A stretch of DNA of 63,420 nt, the filler included, from Octopus bimaculoides (lineage: Eukaryota), in NCBI RefSeq assembly GCF_001194135.2. It is 9 parts of 8 records of this genome, joined end to end, with 100 filler letters (N's around TTAATTAATTAA, not from the genome) between each part and the next. Parts side by side here need not be neighbours in the genome. Positions count along the whole stretch, not along the records: positions 62,267 to 63,420 come from NW_026359547.1; 8 more parts are not named here. One strand, 5' to 3'. A program made the translations under genes and the position numbers. The notes under the pieces are model-generated. The model made no database searches. It saw nothing but the letters and a program-made list of their open reading frames with translations, and was not told where the DNA came from. This document shows positions 62,167-63,420 of this stretch, one piece after another (within the stretch, counting starts at the first letter, position 1; each line of letters opens with the position of its first letter).

Positions 62167-63184
62167 NNNNNNNNNNNNNNNNNNNNNNNNNNNNNNNNNN
62201 NNNNNNNNNNTTAATTAATTAANNNNNNNNNNNNNNNNNNNNNNNNNNNNNNNNNNNNNNNNNNNNTAGATGTACAATCATAAATAAAAATATATGTACG
62301 TGGATATACGTACGCACATATGTATGTATATATTTATACGCATACACTTATACAGGAACATACACACGTATGTATACACACTTGTGTGTGTATGGATCTT
62401 TAAATACTTATTTGTATATATACATATGTGTGTGAGTGCACGTATACACAAACACACGCACACCCATATTGTCTAAATACAGACACGTATACACACATAT
62501 AAATTAAAACATATCTGTATATACACGTGATATATGCATCAGTATATATCTACACGTCTCTATGTAAAATTCATATGTGAATATGCATATGTGTGTGCGT
62601 ATACATACATATATATATATATATATACACACATCCTTATAAATATATATCTATAGGTAGNNNNNNNNNNTATATATATATATATACACACATCCTTATA
62701 AATATATATCTATAGGTAGATGTATAAATCGAAACTCAGCTCTCAAACTGCAACTAGTTAGAGTTATACACACACATACACACACAAACACTTATATGTA
62801 TATATATACATATATGTATATATCTATAGGAATATAGTAATATGTATAAAATTTTAAATTTATGTATTAAAATATATATAAATGGATGTATATATATATA
62901 TGTGTGTGAATGTATGTGTGTGTACATATATATAATGCATGTACACATATATTTATATATATATGTCCATATATATGTATGAATGTATATATGTATATTT
63001 GTAAATGTAGGCATACATATGAATTTGTTCGTATATATGTGTGTGTGTATGTGTGNNNNNNNNNNATATATGTGTGTGTGTATGTGTGTGTATCTGTGTG
63101 TATTTGTATATATATACGCATATGTACATCTAGAATGCTAATGCATATGCATATTTGTATACATATATGCATGAATGCATGCAT

Positions 63185-63217
<33 letters not shown>

Positions 63218-63389
63218 CATACTCAAGTGTGTGTGTGTGTGTGTGTACGTGCATGTGTTTGAGTCACTTCCTACTTAAATTATCTGTACGTTTCTGTATG
63301 TAATCAATTGATGAATGTTTTTAACTTTATTTTCTTTCCCCATCGTGAGAATTCTGTCTCATACATTCAAAGAACAACAGTTACCTGCA

Positions 63390-63420
<31 letters not shown>

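Noticed and set aside
8365-62222. TTAATTAATTAA repeated eight times inside N runs
   Set aside because: Synthetic 100-bp gap placeholder with six-frame stops, not biological.
62611-63090. Direct duplications flanking 10-N gaps
   Set aside because: Typical overlapping contig ends (negative gap), an assembly artefact.
225-63278. Numerous long ORFs of MYVC/HTYI/CVCV/ERER type, or spanning X runs
   Set aside because: Translations of (CATA)n, (CA)n, (GA)n microsatellites and N gaps; no coding signal.

Overview
Eukaryotic, repeat-saturated, probably intronic or intergenic DNA, about 11% N gaps. The dense (CATA)n/(TA)n/(CA)n/(GA)n microsatellites and tRNA-derived SINE families suggest an octopus (coleoid cephalopod) draft genome; this is inference, not a database result. 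No intact host gene is supported, and nearly all long ORFs in the track are microsatellite or gap read-throughs. The window is a transposon graveyard: six tRNA-SINE families (local labels A-F), LINE relics (CR1-like, RTE, RTE-X, L1/Tx1, R4/Dong-like and another restriction-like-endonuclease family), Penelope-like elements (PLE), a Gypsy integrase fragment, Tc1/mariner relics and palindromic MITE-like elements. The most interesting signal is about a dozen type I hammerhead-ribozyme-like motifs (CUGANGA..GAAA with a palindromic helix III loop). They occur as bare 40-nt inserts, as versions with a long stem II insert, at the apex of long foldback elements, and once as two copies 345 nt apart (retrozyme-like). 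Also notable: an RLE retrotransposon apparently targeting CATA/TATG repeats (14-bp TSD inside an RTE ORF), SINE-B arrays joined at AGAAAC, and a roughly 2-kb head-to-head Penelope palindrome with nested foldbacks. Protein assignments are by-eye motif recognition; most repeat boundaries are approximate (about +/-20 bp).
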